Shown piece after piece: positions 62,210-64,000 of a DNA stretch of 64,000 bases. The notes under the pieces were generated by a model. The model worked only from the letters and a program-made list of their open reading frames with translations. It had not been told where the DNA came from and searched no databases. A program made the translations under genes and the position numbers. The stretch comes from Nitrospinales bacterium (GTDB taxonomy: Bacteria; Nitrospinota; Nitrospinia; Nitrospinales; VA-1): positions 2,016,001-2,080,000 of the forward strand of contig OZ253496.1 of the NCBI GenBank assembly GCA_965262115.1, read 5' to 3'. How positions within the stretch are numbered: the first letter of the stretch is position 1; each line of letters starts with the position of its first letter.

Positions 62210-63472
62210 ATGACTGGAAAAACTAAATTTTTACCGGGCCTCATTATCTGCCTAAGCCTTTTCGTCGGGTGCTCGGTTTCCCGAACCACCAATCCTGATA
62301 AAACCCTGGTCACTCAAGACGCCGCAATTTTTGATAAACGGTTTGAATCCGTTTCGTTGAAGGATATTAACCTGAAAAATTTCTGGCTCCATGGCGATTC
62401 ATCCGATGACCGCGAGCCGGTTCCGTTGGACAACCACACATTTTCCCGTATCACCGAGAAGGTGAAGAAGGCGGTGGTTAATATTTACACCATTCGGCTG
62501 GAAGAGCGTAACGCCAAATTCGGCATCTCCCCTAACGATCTTTTACCGATACGAATTCCTCTTGTTTCTGCCATTCTCGATATCATTCCCTTTCAGGTCC
62601 CCATTCCTTTTAAAACGGAAGGATTCAGTCTGGGCTCGGGTTTCCTGATCAACGAGCAAGGCTACATCCTCACCAATGCTCACGTGATTTCCAATTCCGT
62701 CAATATCCGCGTCGTGCTGTCTGAGGGGAAAAAAGAATACCCCGCGAAAATAATTGGCCTCGACCGGATGACCGATACCGCCCTGATTAAAATTGAGCCG
62801 GACTTCACTCCCACCGTTTTGCCCTTCGGCTATTCGGACAAACTGAAAATGGGAGAAGTGGTTCTGGCCATGGGGAATCCGCTGGGGTTCCAGCATTCGG
62901 TAACGTCCGGGCTGATCAGCGCCAAGGAGAGAGTGGCTCCTCATGCCGGAGACCGCTACGTGAATTTTCTGCAAACCGACTCTGCCATCAACCCTGGCAG
63001 CAGTGGTGGACCTCTCGTCAATCTTCATGGAGAAGTGGTGGGAATCAATACGGCCATTATTGAACAGGCTCAATTGATTGGATTCGCCATTCCCATCAAC
63101 ACCGCAAAAGATGTCATGGGCATGTTGATCACCGGAAAAACGGAAAGAGGATGGTTTGGAGCCCACGCGGCACCGATCACAGCCGAGGAGGCCCTGGAAC
63201 TGAACTATCCGGACCTTGAAGGAATGATTGTCAAAGGTATAGAAAAAGACAGCCCCGCCGAGCAGTCCGGCCTGAAAATAAATGACATCATCACCCAATT
63301 TAATAAAATGCCAATCACCAAGCTGGCTATCTTGCGGCGGAAACTACTGGTTCTCGCCCCGGGACAGGAAATTCATTTAACCCTCTTCAGGGATGGAGAA
63401 ACCTTCGAGATCACAAGCACCCTGGCCCGGAAAAAAACTGAGAAGGAAATAGAGACCGAACCAGCCTCCTGA
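62210..63472 (+). CDS. HtrA/DegP-family serine protease lipoprotein with PDZ domain
   Basis: LFVGC lipobox, TNAHV, DTALI, QTDSAINPGSSGGPL. Confidence 0.93.
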   Translation: MTGKTKFLPGLIICLSLFVGCSVSRTTNPDKTLVTQDAAIFDKRFESVSLKDINLKNFWLHGDSSDDREPVPLDNHTFSRITEKVKKAVVNIYTIRLEERNAKFGISPNDLLPIRIPLVSAILDIIPFQVPIPFKTEGFSLGSGFLINEQGYILTNAHVISNSVNIRVVLSEGKKEYPAKIIGLDRMTDTALIKIEPDFTPTVLPFGYSDKLKMGEVVLAMGNPLGFQHSVTSGLISAKERVAPHAGDRYVNFLQTDSAINPGSSGGPLVNLHGEVVGINTAIIEQAQLIGFAIPINTAKDVMGMLITGKTERGWFGAHAAPITAEEALELNYPDLEGMIVKGIEKDSPAEQSGLKINDIITQFNKMPITKLAILRRKLLVLAPGQEIHLTLFRDGETFEITSTLARKKTEKEIETEPAS

Positions 63473-63610
63473 GTTTTTGACAGCTTGCCAACAGGTGTCG
63501 CCCGGCTTGCGTTTTAAGGAGAGTCGCAGTATTCTCCCATCTCTAAAATAAATAACCTTAAGTTTTCCTGCAGGACTCTAAGGCAACTTTAAAAACAAAC
63601 CGTATTTATT

Positions 63611-64000
63611 ATGTCTATCAATCCTCAAATTTTTCGCGAATATGATATCCGCGGTGTGGTCGGCAAAGACCTCACCCCCGAAACCGTTCAACAAATCGGG
63701 CAGGCCATCGGCACCTATATGAAACGCCAGGGCGGAAAATCGCTGGTGGTTGGATGGGATGTTCGCTCCAGTTCGTTAGAGTTCCGCGATATTTTATCCC
63801 AAGCTATTAACTCCACCGGATGCGATGTCGTGGATATCGGAATGGTCCCTACCCCCGTTTCCTACTTTGCGCTTCATCATCTTAAAGTTGATGGCGGAGT
63901 GATGATCACCGGCAGCCACAATCCGCCGGAGTTCAATGGATTCAAAATCAGCCAGGGTCAACACAGTCTGTATGGAAAAAAGATTCAGGAATTGAAAGAT
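63611..64000 (+). CDS. Phosphomannomutase/phosphoglucomutase (AlgC-like), partial
   Basis: Manual translation: MSINPQIFREYDIRGVVGKDL...VPTP...MITGSHNPPEFNGFK. Confidence 0.93.
   Translation, partial: MSINPQIFREYDIRGVVGKDLTPETVQQIGQAIGTYMKRQGGKSLVVGWDVRSSSLEFRDILSQAINSTGCDVVDIGMVPTPVSYFALHHLKVDGGVMITGSHNPPEFNGFKISQGQHSLYGKKIQELKD

Overview
Bacterial chromosomal window. Gene content (HpnN-like MMPL, several FGE-sulfatase-domain proteins, long ThyX) suggests a Nitrospina/Nitrospinota-like organism, but this is inference. The backbone is intact housekeeping: dapF-dapA-dapB, tatA, ECF sigma/anti-sigma, NAD kinase, kamA, trxA, bioB, aroA, thyX-like, pntAB, rluB, scpB, dcd, cysS, cysD-cysNC, an HtrA and a partial PMM/PGM. 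A decaying accessory zone at about 18.3-28 kb holds a frameshifted IS110, an IS3 remnant, flagellar and pilus remnants, and an AT-rich defence island (two MTases, a putative REase, attC sites, and a TIR + membrane-effector cassette). The most striking signal is a nested set of small non-coding elements: (1) a 38-41 bp hairpin micro-element in about 12 copies that inserts without target duplication; (2) a degenerate hairpin-capped 70-100 bp intergenic repeat whose terminal hairpin supplies the stop codon of several unrelated genes; (3) TIR-bounded MITEs with 9-bp target duplications and variable cargo; (4) an IS621-like IS110 whose readable bridge-RNA guides match the micro-element into which it is inserted.
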